Positions 19,556 through 29,078 of a DNA stretch of 64,000 bases are shown here, piece after piece (the stretch's first letter is position 1; every line of letters begins with the position of its first letter). The notes under the pieces were generated by a model. It searched no databases. It saw only the letters and a list, made by a program, of their open reading frames with translations, and was not told where the DNA came from. The position numbers and the translations under genes were made by a program. The DNA is from an uncultured Lachnospiraceae bacterium (GTDB lineage: Bacteria; Bacillota; Clostridia; Oscillospirales; CAG-272): positions 156,213 through 220,212 of the forward strand of contig CAZBAR010000001.1 of assembly GCA_964490165.1 (NCBI GenBank), written 5' to 3'.

Positions 19556-20758
19556 ATGGCAAAGGAAAAATTCGAAAGAACAAAACCCCATGTCAACATT
19601 GGTACTATAGGCCACGTTGACCACGGTAAGACCACTCTTACTGCTGCTATCACCAAGTACCTTTCTCTCGGCGATGACAAGATCGAGTTCATGGCATATG
19701 ACCAGATCGACAACGCTCCCGAGGAAAGAGCTCGTGGTATCACGATCAACACAAGACACGTTGAGTACGAGACCGCAAACCGTCACTATGCGCACGTTGA
19801 CTGCCCCGGACACGCTGACTATGTAAAGAACATGATCACCGGTGCTGCTCAGATGGACGGCGCTATCCTCGTTGTTGCTGCTTCCGACGGTCCTATGCAG
19901 CAGACTCGTGAGCACATCCTGCTCGCTCGTCAGGTTGGCGTTCCTGCAATCGTTGTTTACATGAACAAGACTGACCTCGTTGATGACGAGGAGCTTCTTG
20001 AGCTTGTAGAGATGGAGATCCGTGAGCTTCTCAGCGAGTACGACTTCCCCGGTGACGATATTCCGATCATCAGAGGTTCTGCTCGTGTTGCTCTTGAGGC
20101 TGGCACTGATGCTGCTGATCCCGCATACGCTTCTATTAAGGAGCTTATGGATGCTGTTGACGAGTACATTCCTACTCCCGACAGAAAGGCAGACCTTCCT
20201 TTCCTTATGCCCGTCGAGGACGTATTCTCGATCTCCGGCCGTGGTACTGTTGCTACCGGTAGAGTTGAGAGAGGTACCGTTAAGGTTGGTGACGTTGTAG
20301 AGATCATCGGTCTGTCTGATGAGAGAAAGTCTACAACCGTTACCGGTGTTGAGATGTTCCACAAGCTTCTTGACGAGGCTCAGGCTGGTGATAACATCGG
20401 CGCTCTGCTTCGTGGTGTTGCTAAGAACGAGATCGAGAGAGGTCAGGTTCTTTGTAAGCCCGGCTCCGTAAACCCCCACACCAAGTTCGTTGGTCAGGTT
20501 TACGTTCTTACTGAGAAAGAGGGCGGACGTCAGAAGCCCTTCTTCGCAGGCTACAGACCCCAGTTCTACTTCAGAACTACAGACGTTACAGGTACAATCG
20601 GCCTTCCTGATGATGTTGACATGTGCCGCCCCGGCGACCACGTTGATATGACCGTTGAGCTGATCACTCCTATCGCTATCGAGAAGGGTCTTCGTTTCGC
20701 TATTCGTGAGGGCGGTAGAACTGTTGGTTCCGGCGTCGTTTCCGAAATTCTCGCGTAA
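19556..20758 (+). CDS. tuf: Elongation factor Tu
   Basis: [33 protein letters not shown]..., 400 aa from the ATG at 19556. Confidence 0.97.
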   Translation: MAKEKFERTKPHVNIGTIGHVDHGKTTLTAAITKYLSLGDDKIEFMAYDQIDNAPEERARGITINTRHVEYETANRHYAHVDCPGHADYVKNMITGAAQMDGAILVVAASDGPMQQTREHILLARQVGVPAIVVYMNKTDLVDDEELLELVEMEIRELLSEYDFPGDDIPIIRGSARVALEAGTDAADPAYASIKELMDAVDEYIPTPDRKADLPFLMPVEDVFSISGRGTVATGRVERGTVKVGDVVEIIGLSDERKSTTVTGVEMFHKLLDEAQAGDNIGALLRGVAKNEIERGQVLCKPGSVNPHTKFVGQVYVLTEKEGGRQKPFFAGYRPQFYFRTTDVTGTIGLPDDVDMCRPGDHVDMTVELITPIAIEKGLRFAIREGGRTVGSGVVSEILA

Positions 20759-20772
20759 GCTTAACTTTTCTT

Positions 20773-20797
20773 CGCAGGGGCGCAAAGCGCCCCTGCG
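20773..20797 (+). terminator. Hairpin after tuf
   Basis: CGCAGGGGCG-caaa-GCGCCCCTGCG forms a perfect GC-rich stem. The U-tract is weak. Confidence 0.5.
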
Positions 20798-20820
20798 ATA
20801 CCATTAAATTTTAATATTTT

Positions 20821-20937
20821 ATATCTTTGGGGAATGGTGAAAATCCATACCGGCGGTTAAAGTCCGCGAGTCCTTTATGAGGATCGAACAGGTGAAATTC
20901 CTGCACCGACGGTTAAAGTCCGGATGAGAAAAGATAT
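20821..20937 (+). promoter_or_regulatory. FMN riboswitch (RFN element)
   Basis: The sequence ...CTTTGGGGAATGGTGAAAATCCATACCGGCGGTTAAAGTCCGCGAGTC...GATCGAACAGGTGAAATTCCTGCACCGACGGTTAAAGTCCGGATGAGAAAAGATAT matches the conserved RFN core. P1 pairs ATATCTT with AAGATAT. Confidence 0.85.
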
Positions 20938-20952
20938 GTCGCAGCTGTCGTT

Positions 20953-20977
20953 CCCTGCCTATTTGCAGGGATTTTTT
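20953..20977 (+). terminator. Riboswitch expression-platform terminator
   Basis: CCCTGC-ctattt-GCAGGG followed by ATTTTTT, located immediately 3' of the RFN aptamer. Confidence 0.7.
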
Positions 20978-21009
20978 GTTTGCGGCGTTCCCCCTGAAAG
21001 GGATCAATT

Positions 21010-21705
21010 ATGAATAAAATCAATATTTCCGAAAAGATTAAAAGACTTTGCGGTATGGCGCTGTTTTGCGCATTGGCGTATGTGGCGGTTCTCATAGCTC
21101 CCATTAAGGTAAGCTTTCTGACATTTGACTGTAAAGATGCTGTTATGGGGCTTTGCGCTATGCTGTACGGACCTGTTTCCGGCATAGTTTTGTCTCTTGT
21201 AACCAGTCTTGTTGAGATGGTCACTGTCAGTACTACAGGCCCTTGGGGTATGCTGATGAACTTTATTTCCAGCACCGTTTTCGTTGTGTGCGCTTCTGCT
21301 ATATATAAATATAAGCGTTCAATGTTCGGCGCAATACTGGGACTTTTGGTGTCGGTATTTGCGACAACAGGCGTTATGATGCTTGCAAATCTGTTTATTA
21401 CTCCGTTGTATCTCGGCGTGCCCCGTTCAGATGTGGCAGCACTTATACCTAAACTGTTGTTTCCCTTTAATCTGACAAAATATCTGCTGAACGCAGCGAT
21501 TGTCCTGCTTCTCTATAAACCTTTGATAAAGGCACTGCGTCGAGCGGGATTTATAAGGGAAAGCGGCGATGTGAAGCCGAATTCACGCGCACTGAAATAC
21601 CAGTCATTGATAGTAACAGCGGCAGCTCTTGTCATAATAGCTGTTTGCGTTGTAGTTTTTGTAGTTGTATTGGGCGGTCGCGTCTCATTCGGCGTAGAAG
21701 GGTAA
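21010..21705 (+). CDS. ribU: ECF-transporter S component, probable riboflavin transporter RibU
   Basis: A multi-TM 231-aa protein directly downstream of the FMN riboswitch. The assignment rests on context plus membrane topology. Confidence 0.65.
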   Translation: MNKINISEKIKRLCGMALFCALAYVAVLIAPIKVSFLTFDCKDAVMGLCAMLYGPVSGIVLSLVTSLVEMVTVSTTGPWGMLMNFISSTVFVVCASAIYKYKRSMFGAILGLLVSVFATTGVMMLANLFITPLYLGVPRSDVAALIPKLLFPFNLTKYLLNAAIVLLLYKPLIKALRRAGFIRESGDVKPNSRALKYQSLIVTAAALVIIAVCVVVFVVVLGGRVSFGVEG

Positions 21706-21786
21706 CTTGTAAAAAGCCTGTGAATTTACTTGACTTTATGTGCAATATAAGGTAGAATGTAGGGGATCAGTTTTTAAGGGGAGCGT

Positions 21787-22254
21787 ATGAATATTAAAAA
21801 TATCCTATATGTGTTTTTTTGCTCCATGCTGCCGATAATTGAGCTTCGTGGTTCAATAATTATGGGTGCCGGGCTTGGACTTGACCCTATTGTAAACTAC
21901 GCCGTAAGCGTTATCGGAAATTTAATACCCATTCCATTTATTCTGCTTTTTATAAGAAAAATTCTGCACTGGATGAAAAACGTCAGGTATCTTTCTAAAA
22001 TTGCAATTTTTATTGAAAACAAAGCTCATAAGCATTCCGCAAAGGTACTGAAATATGCCAGATTGGGACTGTTTCTGTTTGTTGCAATACCCGTGCCCGG
22101 AACCGGCGCATGGACAGGTGCACTTATTGCGGCGCTTCTTGATATGAGAATGAAATACTCACTGCTGTCAATTTTTCTTGGAGTGCTTTTCGCAGGTGTA
22201 ATAATGATCCTGGCAAGCTACGGGCTTATATCATGCTTTTCGATTTTTGCATAA
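21787..22254 (+). CDS. Small membrane protein, COG2426 / small multidrug export-like family
   Basis: SMLPIIELRGSIIMG...PVPGTGAWTGALIAALL, four TM segments. Confidence 0.55.
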   Translation: MNIKNILYVFFCSMLPIIELRGSIIMGAGLGLDPIVNYAVSVIGNLIPIPFILLFIRKILHWMKNVRYLSKIAIFIENKAHKHSAKVLKYARLGLFLFVAIPVPGTGAWTGALIAALLDMRMKYSLLSIFLGVLFAGVIMILASYGLISCFSIFA

Positions 22255-22258
22255 TACG

Positions 22259-22295
22259 GACTGTCTCACAACTGAGTTTGTGAGACAGTCTTTTT
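22259..22295 (+). terminator. Rho-independent terminator
   Basis: GACTGTCTCACAA-ctgagt-TTGTGAGACAGTC followed by TTTTT. Confidence 0.85.
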
Positions 22296-22472
22296 GTATA
22301 TTATTCAAAATGTTCTTTTTCTGTTGCATATTTGCTGATTTTATGATAAAGTATATGTAAGATATATAGATTGACTGAAAAGATGCAGCTGTTGTGGTCG
22401 TATTTGTATTTAGTGACGGTGACACATTTGATTTGGTCTTTCTATTGCAATAAATTGAAAGGACAGTATTAT

Positions 22473-24773
22473 ATGAAAAGACTGATAGCATTCACATTAT
22501 GTGTGATCATGCTGGTTTCTGCTCTCGGTATTGTATCCAATGCACAAACGTTTATCAAAGACGAAAGTTATGTGCTCGGAAATGCCGACCGCAGCAAGGA
22601 TTCTGATCAGAATCCTGTTAATATGAAGGACTCAAACCTGATGAAGTCCTATATTCTCGGTGTATCAGGAGCCGAGGAGGCTATAGACATAGCTGCCGCC
22701 GACCTTAACGCCGACGGAGTGATAAACTCTAAGGATCTGTTTTATCTCAAGCAGTATTTGGTTGGAGATAATGATTTCAGTGAGCTTGAAAGCGGCAGCC
22801 AGCTTTACCGCTTTTTGATCGGCGGTACTGATATCCGTGAATTCTCCATCCTTCTTGCAGAGGGCACTGACAGTATGTCAAGCGCTTATACGGCTGCTAC
22901 TACCTTGCAGAAGTATATTGAGGTCGCAACAGGCTTTAAGCCTGCGATAGTTTACGGTGAGAACGTCGACGGGCACGCCATAGTTATTAACGCTGTTGAA
23001 CGTTTCAGCGAGCTCGGTGAGTATCTTGAGAATGAAAACTACATATATGAGGTTGCAGACGGTAATCTGCAGCTTTACGGAACGTACAGAGGTAATATTT
23101 ACGCTGCATACGAGATAATAGAGAAGTATCTCGGCTTCCGTTTCTATGACGGCGAGTATACATTTCTTTACAAGCAGCGCTATGTAGATATTCCCGAGGG
23201 TACACGAATAGAGGTAAAGCCTGAATTGAAGATGCGTCATACAGGTCAGAATGTCGGATCGTTGAATACATATTATTTGCCTGCAAGACAGAACCAGACC
23301 AGATCTGATATGGCAACTGCACAGCCTGAATACGGAACATTCTACGGTCCTCAGTTCTGCAACGCCCATTCTTACGGCCTGTACTGGAGAATGGCTACAG
23401 GTACTATGCCTGACGAAAGCTTCGGAACACTTGCTCAGAGATACGATCAGCAATATAATTCCGGTTATCAGCAGGATGAGCTTGCATGGCAGCCCTGTGC
23501 ATCTACTAATTCATCCTACAATACGCTCTTTAAGGGCATGATCGATACTATTGCAAGAATCCAGAGCTGGTCGGGATATGCATGGAGCTATAAGTTTATG
23601 GAGGACGGTGAGCCTACTGATTATCTGAAGTCAGGTCAGCCTACTATGTCTTTCTCGCTTTGCGATAACGAGTGCTATTGTACCTGTTCTAAATGCAGAG
23701 TAAAGTCGGCAACCGAGGGATATTCCGGTCTTTATATCGATCTGGCCAACAGAGCTGTAAGGGATCTTCAGAATTATTATCCGGGTTTCCGTGTACACTG
23801 CATACTGTACAATCACGCTATACCTCAAAATGTAAGACCGGACAAAAACCTTATAGTTTATTATTGCGGTCAGGGGTGTAACAACCACTATTTGGGCAGT
23901 GACGAATGCGGAACCTGTATGGGTCAGCTCAAAAAAGAGAATAATGTAATAACCAACGAATCTCTCAAAGCATGGGGCGAATTCTGCGAAGAGACAGGCG
24001 CTGAAATGTGGTATTGGTACTACGGTGTTCAGTATCATTACACCCTTACCGATCTGCCTAACGTTATGAATATTTACTATGACTATAAGTTCCTTGTTGA
24101 GAAGTGCCACTGTAAGGGTATCAACTATGAAGGCGGAGGACGTCCGTACAGCTTTGCCACATTGAAAGCATATCTTTCTACAAGAATGATGTGGGATCCT
24201 CATATGTCCCTTGATGATTTCATAGGTCATATGAAAGAATATCTGTATATGTACTACGGCGACGGATATGAAAAGGTATATGAGTTCGTAATGATGATGG
24301 ATGAATGCGGAGATCAGTGCGGAACTTGCTTTATCTCCAACTTTGACGCACCGGGTGATATGTATTCTATCGACTATATGTGCGAGAATTACGAATATAT
24401 GAGAAGTCTGCTTACCGAAGCTATAGAGCTTGCTGACAGACCTGAGTACAGAACACGACTTGAAACAATGCGCTGCTGCTTCGATTTCCTCGGACTTTCT
24501 TATGTGTACTATGATATGTACAGAGACGGCGACATTGATCAGCAGAAGCTGTATATGCAAAGGTATACTGCTATGTGCAATTATATGCAGAGCAATAATT
24601 TGTCTGCCGGATCTTCATATTCGCTGCCGGATAGAACGAAGTTTGACGTAAATCCTATGCTTCAGGTTTACGGTCATGTTGACAATAAAGGCGTTTACCG
24701 TTCAGACGGAAGCCGCCGTGCAGAGATCAACAATTTCTTTGAGACCGGCGAAAAGCCATCCGCAGCAAACTGA
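22473..24773 (+). CDS. Secreted dockerin-containing protein with a DUF4838-like (GH20b-like N-terminal) domain
   Basis: Signal peptide MKRLIAFTLCVIMLVSALGIVSNAQ. There is a duplicated Ca-binding dockerin segment (GNADRSKDSDQNPVNMKDSNLMKSYILG / DLNADGVINSKDLFYLKQYLVG). A large Cys/Tyr/Trp-rich domain resembles DUF4838. ATG at 22473 follows GAAAGGA. Confidence 0.7.
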   Translation: MKRLIAFTLCVIMLVSALGIVSNAQTFIKDESYVLGNADRSKDSDQNPVNMKDSNLMKSYILGVSGAEEAIDIAAADLNADGVINSKDLFYLKQYLVGDNDFSELESGSQLYRFLIGGTDIREFSILLAEGTDSMSSAYTAATTLQKYIEVATGFKPAIVYGENVDGHAIVINAVERFSELGEYLENENYIYEVADGNLQLYGTYRGNIYAAYEIIEKYLGFRFYDGEYTFLYKQRYVDIPEGTRIEVKPELKMRHTGQNVGSLNTYYLPARQNQTRSDMATAQPEYGTFYGPQFCNAHSYGLYWRMATGTMPDESFGTLAQRYDQQYNSGYQQDELAWQPCASTNSSYNTLFKGMIDTIARIQSWSGYAWSYKFMEDGEPTDYLKSGQPTMSFSLCDNECYCTCSKCRVKSATEGYSGLYIDLANRAVRDLQNYYPGFRVHCILYNHAIPQNVRPDKNLIVYYCGQGCNNHYLGSDECGTCMGQLKKENNVITNESLKAWGEFCEETGAEMWYWYYGVQYHYTLTDLPNVMNIYYDYKFLVEKCHCKGINYEGGGRPYSFATLKAYLSTRMMWDPHMSLDDFIGHMKEYLYMYYGDGYEKVYEFVMMMDECGDQCGTCFISNFDAPGDMYSIDYMCENYEYMRSLLTEAIELADRPEYRTRLETMRCCFDFLGLSYVYYDMYRDGDIDQQKLYMQRYTAMCNYMQSNNLSAGSSYSLPDRTKFDVNPMLQVYGHVDNKGVYRSDGSRRAEINNFFETGEKPSAAN

Positions 24774-24780
24774 ATAAATA

Positions 24781-24809
24781 AAAAGGGACACATACAGTGC
24801 CCCTTTTTT
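24781..24809 (+). terminator. Probable terminator
   Basis: AAAAGGGACAC-atacag-TGCCCCTTTTTT forms an imperfect stem. Confidence 0.55.
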
Positions 24810-25009
24810 ATTATTGTATATACTATAAAAAACTTTGGCTGATATTTAGAAATTTGCAATTGCATTTTGTCATTAGTCACAATTGATATTTACTGTGATT
24901 ATGATACAATATGTGTAACAAAAATTCACGGCGATTTGGTATATAAATACAATAAAATGATCATCACCTGTATTATAAGGTGTCTGAGATCGCCGGAATG
25001 GAGGTTCTT

Positions 25010-26137
25010 ATGGTTAAAGTAGGACTTGTAGGTGCAAGAAGCTATTCAGTGGCGGCAGGCATTAAGGCAATGCCTGAAGAGGCGGTCATAACCGCAGTTT
25101 GCGACCTGAGTCAGGAAGCCCTCGACATAATGAAGCAAAATGCAGGGCTGGACGACAGCCAGTGCTACCGCGTTTATGAGGATATGCTTGAAAAAGCCGA
25201 CATAGACGCAGTCGTAATTTCTTCACCGATGCAGTGTCACGTTCCGCAGGCAATACTTGCCTTGCATGCAGGCAAGCACGTTATGTGTGAGGTAACTGCC
25301 GCTGTCACTATGGACGAGCTGTGGTGGCTTATTGAGAACGTTGAGAAATCCGGCAAAATATATATGTATGCTGAGAACTACTGCTATATGCCCGACAACC
25401 AGCTCATACGTGAAATGACTAAAAGAGGACTTTTCGGTGAGCTGTACTACGGTGAGGGAGAATACACTCACGACTGTACCGAGCTTCGCAATTACAACGG
25501 TAAAACAGGCTGGCGCTCTTACTGGCAGATGGGCACAAGAGGCGCATTTTATCCGACTCATTCTCTCGGCCCGATCATGCAGTGCTTTGATGACGACCGT
25601 ATAGTGTCTATAGCAAGCTTTTCAAGCGGAAATCACAATCCTTACGGGCTCCGCGGAGACGATCTTACTCAAACTATATGTCAGCTGGAGAGCGGCAAGC
25701 TTGTAAAGATCAGAGTAGATACTATATCGCCGCGTCCTCATAATATGACGTATTATCAGCTTCAGGGAACAAAGGGCTGCTATGAGGCGGCAAGAGGACT
25801 GGGCGACGTTGCAAAGGTAGCGATAGCTACAGATGATAAACCCGACGGATATAAGGAATGGCGTCCGCTTTCTGATTTTAACGATCTACTACCTGAACGC
25901 TATAAAAAGGGTGAGGGCGAGGGCGCAGGCCACGGCGGCGGTGACTTCTATATAGTTGCCGATTTTATCGAGGCAGTAAAAACAGGCGTACAGCCGGAAC
26001 TGAACGTATATAAAGCGGCAGAGTGGACATCAGTTGCATTGCTCAGTCAGCTTTCAGTAACCAATAAGGGCAAAATTCTTGAGGTTCCTAATTTCAGACC
26101 CAATATGCCTTACGGCGAAAAGATCATAAAACTGTAA
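25010..26137 (+). CDS. Gfo/Idh/MocA-family NAD(P)-dependent oxidoreductase
   Basis: MVKVGLVGARS... Rossmann N-terminus and an ...EVTAAVTMDE... region. ATG at 25010 follows GGAGG. Confidence 0.85.
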   Translation: MVKVGLVGARSYSVAAGIKAMPEEAVITAVCDLSQEALDIMKQNAGLDDSQCYRVYEDMLEKADIDAVVISSPMQCHVPQAILALHAGKHVMCEVTAAVTMDELWWLIENVEKSGKIYMYAENYCYMPDNQLIREMTKRGLFGELYYGEGEYTHDCTELRNYNGKTGWRSYWQMGTRGAFYPTHSLGPIMQCFDDDRIVSIASFSSGNHNPYGLRGDDLTQTICQLESGKLVKIRVDTISPRPHNMTYYQLQGTKGCYEAARGLGDVAKVAIATDDKPDGYKEWRPLSDFNDLLPERYKKGEGEGAGHGGGDFYIVADFIEAVKTGVQPELNVYKAAEWTSVALLSQLSVTNKGKILEVPNFRPNMPYGEKIIKL

Positions 26138-26152
26138 ATATCGAATTAGTAT

Positions 26153-26183
26153 AAAACCGACCGCATTTTGCGGTCGGTTTTTT
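26153..26183. terminator. Bidirectional terminator between convergent genes
   Basis: AAAACCGACCGC-atttt-GCGGTCGGTTTTTT. Confidence 0.75.
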
Positions 26184-26199
26184 ATCAGATCTTATCAGA

Positions 26200-27039
26200 T
26201 CAGTTGCAATTGCACTTTTTAGGTAAAGAGCAGGTGTCCTGACAGGCGAGATTGCCCGCGGAGGGAGGACAAAATTCGTTAATGGGGAACGCCATTTGCT
26301 TAAAAATGCGGCAGGGATCAGTATCATTTGCGTCACGGCATTCTTTTTCAGGTACGCAGTATTCCATAGCGTTAATGAGATATTGAGCGGGGCGCTCTAT
26401 GCGTATTACGGAGAATATGCCGAGAGTTACGATAAGCTTGTTGCCATCATCTCCCTCTGTCAGCTCGCCGCCGTTTATGCTTCTGAGCACTCCGTCAGGT
26501 ATATCGTTGCATGAGCAGCAACAGCAGTGATGCACTGTGGGGGAAACAACATTTGACGCAAGTATTACGGGGTCTACTGTCTCCAGAACGGCAACAGGCA
26601 GATTTGTAGACATTGAGCATCCGTTTCTGTCTCTTGAGGGGCAGAAGCCGGAGCAGCCTGTTTCGCTTTTGAAGACGGACACGTTACCCTCGCTGCCGAA
26701 AAGTATTACCTTCTTTTCAATAACGGCGATGCCCTCTATTTCCTGAACATTTCCGGGAGAAACGCAAGCTTCACATATAATACGTACGTACATTCTGACA
26801 GTCAGCTGATAAAATCCCCTGTTAAAGGGTACGGGATCGATATCGATATAAGCCCATACCGTTCTGGCGCATTTTGCGCGAACAGCCGCACCGCGGTCTA
26901 CCAGCTCCTGCCCGTAGCAGGTCAGATATACTCTGACGTCCTCAAAGCAGTCCTTGTCGCGGCAGGAGTCCAGAACACGGTATGTATCGATACATACCAT
27001 TTCCTTAGGGGAGGGCTGACACTGTCTGTTATCAGACAT
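26200..27039 (-). CDS. Cysteine-rich hypothetical protein (279 aa)
   Basis: An intact ORF with a GGAAGG SD. The protein has many Cys, including a CCCCSC run, and ends CSLPKKCNCN. I recognised no family. Confidence 0.65.
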   Translation of the reverse strand: MSDNRQCQPSPKEMVCIDTYRVLDSCRDKDCFEDVRVYLTCYGQELVDRGAAVRAKCARTVWAYIDIDPVPFNRGFYQLTVRMYVRIICEACVSPGNVQEIEGIAVIEKKVILFGSEGNVSVFKSETGCSGFCPSRDRNGCSMSTNLPVAVLETVDPVILASNVVSPTVHHCCCCSCNDIPDGVLRSINGGELTEGDDGNKLIVTLGIFSVIRIERPAQYLINAMEYCVPEKECRDANDTDPCRIFKQMAFPINEFCPPSAGNLACQDTCSLPKKCNCN

Positions 27040-27146
27040 ATTTGTAACCTTCCTTTCATTTTCAGGCTTTTGTTAAAGCCCTCTTATCAAGGCGCGCTTT
27101 TTGCGTCGCCTTTGATAATATTATATGTGAAGCTCCTTGTTTTGAC

Positions 27147-27470
27147 TCAAATACAGACGCTGATATATTCAGGATAGTTATCGCCGAGAAGGCGAAATCC
27201 GCCGAGCAGGGCGCAGACTGCTTCAAGAAGGGAAGTGTCATCGTCACTTGCTGTGCGGAATTCTATTATGGCCGTGCCGCCGCGGAGGTCGCAAATAAGG
27301 TCAGATATGCGTCCGTCGGCTTCCATATCCTCCAAAAAGTCTTTCAGCGTGTAGCAAAGAATAGATACTGCTGAGCAGAGAATATCGCTTCCGCTTGCAG
27401 AGAAGCCTGTGTGCCCGACACACTCAAAAATATATGTGTCACCGCATAGGTCAAAGGATATTTCCGTCAT
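27147..27470 (-). CDS. Prp-like (DUF464, ribosomal-processing cysteine protease family) protein, phage-associated copy
   Basis: ...FECVGHTGFSASGSDILCSAVSILC... carries the His/Cys dyad pattern (GHxG...G.DI.C.AVS) of Prp/YsxB. ATG at 27470 has GGAG 8 nt upstream and overlaps the portal gene end by 20 nt. Confidence 0.7.
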   Translation of the reverse strand: MTEISFDLCGDTYIFECVGHTGFSASGSDILCSAVSILCYTLKDFLEDMEADGRISDLICDLRGGTAIIEFRTASDDDTSLLEAVCALLGGFRLLGDNYPEYISVCI

Positions 27471-29061
27471 AGTAATATCTCCGTGGTGCATTTGCTCTTG
27501 TGCTTTGACCGTCGCGAATCCTGCGAAGTATCTCATCCTTGCCCTCAAATTCCATCATTTCAAGGCAAATGATCGCCTTCTCTCGGTTGTCAGGGTCAAA
27601 GATCCCCATATTATACAGATCACACGCCAGCTCATTCATAGATGCTCTGGAGAATGCGGATTTTTTGTGCGCTCTTATTTTGATGTCAAATATAGGCTCG
27701 CCTCCGAAGCGGGAGCTTATATTGTCGCTGCCGCAATACTTAAAGGAGGTGCTTCCGCCCTCTCCGGTTATTCTGAAGCAACGGGGAACCGTATAGAATT
27801 GATGCATAAGCTTTATAACTGTTGCGGCGATCTCCTCGAAGGTTCTGTAGCCGGCGGATATAACATCGCGTGAGGTCTTGCTTCCCGCCTCCTGCAAGGC
27901 TTCTATTGCCGCTGCTGCCGTAACGCCTCCTGTCACCGTCCCCTGTGAAAAATCTCTGTTTCCGCTTGTTTCTTTAAGCTCATTGATCTTGCTGTTTAAG
28001 ATATCCACATAAATACCTGACAAAACGGGAGACTCTATAGACATTATGGACTCAGAAGGATCGCCTGAGCCGCTGTAGTGTACAAAGGGAAGCCGCCAGT
28101 CGGCAAACTCCTTTTCGTTTATACTTCCGTCAGAGCGAATAAAAAATCTGCGTGTCGCTGCCATTCGCGCGTTGCGGACTATAGCCGTGCTGAGCGCATC
28201 TATTTGTGCCTGTGTTCCCTTCATTGCATCTATAATACCAAATCCGCACGGTGAATCCTGAATAGGGTACAGTCTGTCAATAAAAAAGGGATATTTGCCG
28301 TGGTCATAAAAACCGCGGTTTTCGTATATGGGATCGTTTTCCGATGCATAAAGCAGCACGCCGTTACAGAATTTAGCGTAGTGCAGCACCTCTTTGCCGT
28401 TTTGCATTTTTTTATAGTACCAGTCTACAACGCAGGATTTGTCAGATGTGTCTACAGATTCATCATATACATACCTGGACGTATCAGTGCTATCAGATGC
28501 TATGGCGTCTGCAAGAAAGGGATATTTTTCCCTCAGCACCTCGTTGTCGCTGCTTGCAATATGAAAAATATTGCGCGAGTGCTGTATATCTGAGATCCCG
28601 GGCTCCCAATACAGATTGAGTACGTCAACGCGGCGGATATCAATATTTCCCAAGCCTCCGTCAAGAGCCGGGTTCCAAAATACACCGTAGCAGGCAGTGC
28701 CGCTTTTCAGCTTGTCAAACCAGCAGGTGGAATATGTTTCTTCAAATTTGTTTTCTTCAAGAATAACAGGAAGCACCTCTGTCAGAAGCGCGGCTGCCTC
28801 TACATCGTTCTTTTCTCTTGCAAGGCAACTGATGTCAGGCAGGTTGTCCATTGCATCGGCGTGCTTGTTGATTATTGAATTAAACAGCCAGCATGACGCT
28901 ACGGTGTTGGTCTTAGCATTTGAATAAGGGCGAAGCCGCCACCATTCCTCATTTTCTATTATACGGTTGTCGTGCTGCGCTTTTGATGCCTTGTAGCGTT
29001 CCAGCACTTCATTTGCACGGCGTACATCATCGTTCGTTATTTTTTGTTGTTTGTGTTTCAC
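27451..29061 (-). CDS. Phage portal protein
   Basis: A 536-aa protein immediately downstream of the large terminase. Size and position are typical of a portal, with an N-terminus ...RYKASKAQHDNRIIENEEWWRLR.... The call rests mainly on synteny. Confidence 0.6.
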   Translation of the reverse strand: MKHKQQKITNDDVRRANEVLERYKASKAQHDNRIIENEEWWRLRPYSNAKTNTVASCWLFNSIINKHADAMDNLPDISCLAREKNDVEAAALLTEVLPVILEENKFEETYSTCWFDKLKSGTACYGVFWNPALDGGLGNIDIRRVDVLNLYWEPGISDIQHSRNIFHIASSDNEVLREKYPFLADAIASDSTDTSRYVYDESVDTSDKSCVVDWYYKKMQNGKEVLHYAKFCNGVLLYASENDPIYENRGFYDHGKYPFFIDRLYPIQDSPCGFGIIDAMKGTQAQIDALSTAIVRNARMAATRRFFIRSDGSINEKEFADWRLPFVHYSGSGDPSESIMSIESPVLSGIYVDILNSKINELKETSGNRDFSQGTVTGGVTAAAAIEALQEAGSKTSRDVISAGYRTFEEIAATVIKLMHQFYTVPRCFRITGEGGSTSFKYCGSDNISSRFGGEPIFDIKIRAHKKSAFSRASMNELACDLYNMGIFDPDNREKAIICLEMMEFEGKDEILRRIRDGQSTRANAPRRYYYDGNIL

Positions 29062-29078
29062 GGTATTGCTCCTTTGCT

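Noticed and set aside
24860-24880. 10-bp palindrome TGCAATTGCA upstream of the Gfo/Idh/MocA gene, considered as a possible operator.
   Set aside because: It is short and AT-rich, a palindrome of this length could occur by chance, and no adjacent regulator gene supports it.
27087-27127. A hairpin (TCAAGGCGCGC-ttttt-GCGTCGCCTTTGA) and a CATA-N3-TA-like motif upstream of the Cys-rich gene, considered as a terminator plus a sigma-K-type sporulation promoter.
   Set aside because: On the coding (minus) strand the hairpin is not followed by a U-tract. The -10-like match is short and has no convincing -35 element. This is too weak to call, so I mention it only as something to test.
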